Made by a program: the position numbers and the translations under genes. From a virus: a DNA stretch of 5,202 nt. Positions 5,035 through 5,202 of the stretch are shown here, in pieces (position 1 is the stretch's first letter; every line of letters starts with the position of its first letter). The notes beneath the pieces were generated by a model. The model ran no database searches, had not been told where the DNA came from, and saw only the letters and a program-made list of their open reading frames with translations. Location: the IMG/VR virus record IMGVR_UViG_3300045988_077494; one strand, written 5' to 3'.

Positions 5035-5193
5035 TCATAGCACCTCACAATTTCCAGCAAAAACATAAGCCTTTTCGTTGTAATCATCAATGAGCATGAA
5101 GCCGTGGGAATAGAGACAATGAACCTCATAGACATGACCGTGTTTCAGATTGTCATAATCTGGGCCGTAATAGCGAACCAAACGAGGACGCAT
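5035..5193 (-). CDS. Unknown 52-aa protein MRPRLVRYYGPDYDNLKHGHVYEVHCLYSHGFMLIDDYNEKAYVFAGNCEVL, encoded directly upstream of VP4
   Basis: ATG at 5193..5191 (also 90..88) lies 8 nt after AGGAGGTG. The T/C-rich wobble positions resemble those of the other phage genes. TGA at 5037..5035 directly abuts the VP4 GTG start. I recognise no family, and it is below the ORF-track length cut-off. Confidence 0.6.
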   Translation of the reverse strand: MRPRLVRYYGPDYDNLKHGHVYEVHCLYSHGFMLIDDYNEKAYVFAGNCEVL

Positions 5194-5202
5194 AAAAAAA
5201 AC
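5104..5202. repeat. Terminal redundancy, copy 2 (identical to 1..99)
   Basis: Same comparison as copy 1. The window ends here, so the overlap is at least 99 nt. Confidence 0.97.

Larger units (their letters stand above)
1..5103 (-). mobile_element. Complete circular Gokushovirinae-like Microviridae genome, one unit of 5103 nt, with genes on the minus strand
   Basis: The exact 99-nt terminal overlap closes the circle. The full gokushovirus gene set (VP1, VP2, VP3, VP4, VP5 and a small basic protein) is present on one strand. Size is typical of the family (about 4.5-6 kb). Confidence 0.9.

Noticed and set aside
5035-5037. TGA recoding (genetic code 4 or 25) fusing the 52-aa ORF to VP4 as the normal product
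   Set aside because: All other genes are intact under the standard code and end cleanly at TGA or TAA, with no in-frame TGA. VP4 also has its own SD and the family-typical SCYHP N-terminus right after the GTG. Constitutive recoding is therefore unsupported. Low-level read-through is kept only as a hypothesis.
5036-5038. ATG overlapping the ORF52 stop as an alternative Rep start
   Set aside because: It is out of frame with VP4 and runs into a stop after 15 codons.

Overview
The window is one complete, circularly permuted genome of a Gokushovirinae-like microvirus (Microviridae, ssDNA). Bases 1..99 are identical to 5104..5202, so the circle is 5103 nt and the window is a linearised circular contig with a 99-nt overlap. 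All supportable genes lie on the minus strand as one tightly packed module. The order is a 52-aa unknown ORF (5193..5035), VP4 replication initiator, a 35-aa basic VP8/J-like protein, VP5, VP3 scaffold, VP1 major capsid, VP2 pilot/minor capsid, and a possible 26-aa hydrophobic peptide. Every ORF has a GGAGG-type Shine-Dalgarno box, and several neighbours share ATGA/GTGA start-stop overlaps. Product calls rest on my recollection of family motifs: HUH and paired tyrosines in VP4, the INQLR...ARGG.RY...RLQRPEYLGG block in VP1, and the RGGIRL tail of the basic peptide. No database search was possible. The part not explained by genes is a roughly 0.5 kb non-coding region (91..588, about a tenth of the genome). 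It holds a sigma70-like promoter overlapping a phiX174-origin-like core on the viral strand, two adjacent 6-2-6 palindromes, and five back-to-back hairpins (357..503). One of these hairpins has a perfect 17-bp stem, and two look like intrinsic terminators pointing against all the genes. I see no tRNA, rRNA, CRISPR array, integrase, transposase or recognisable lysis gene.
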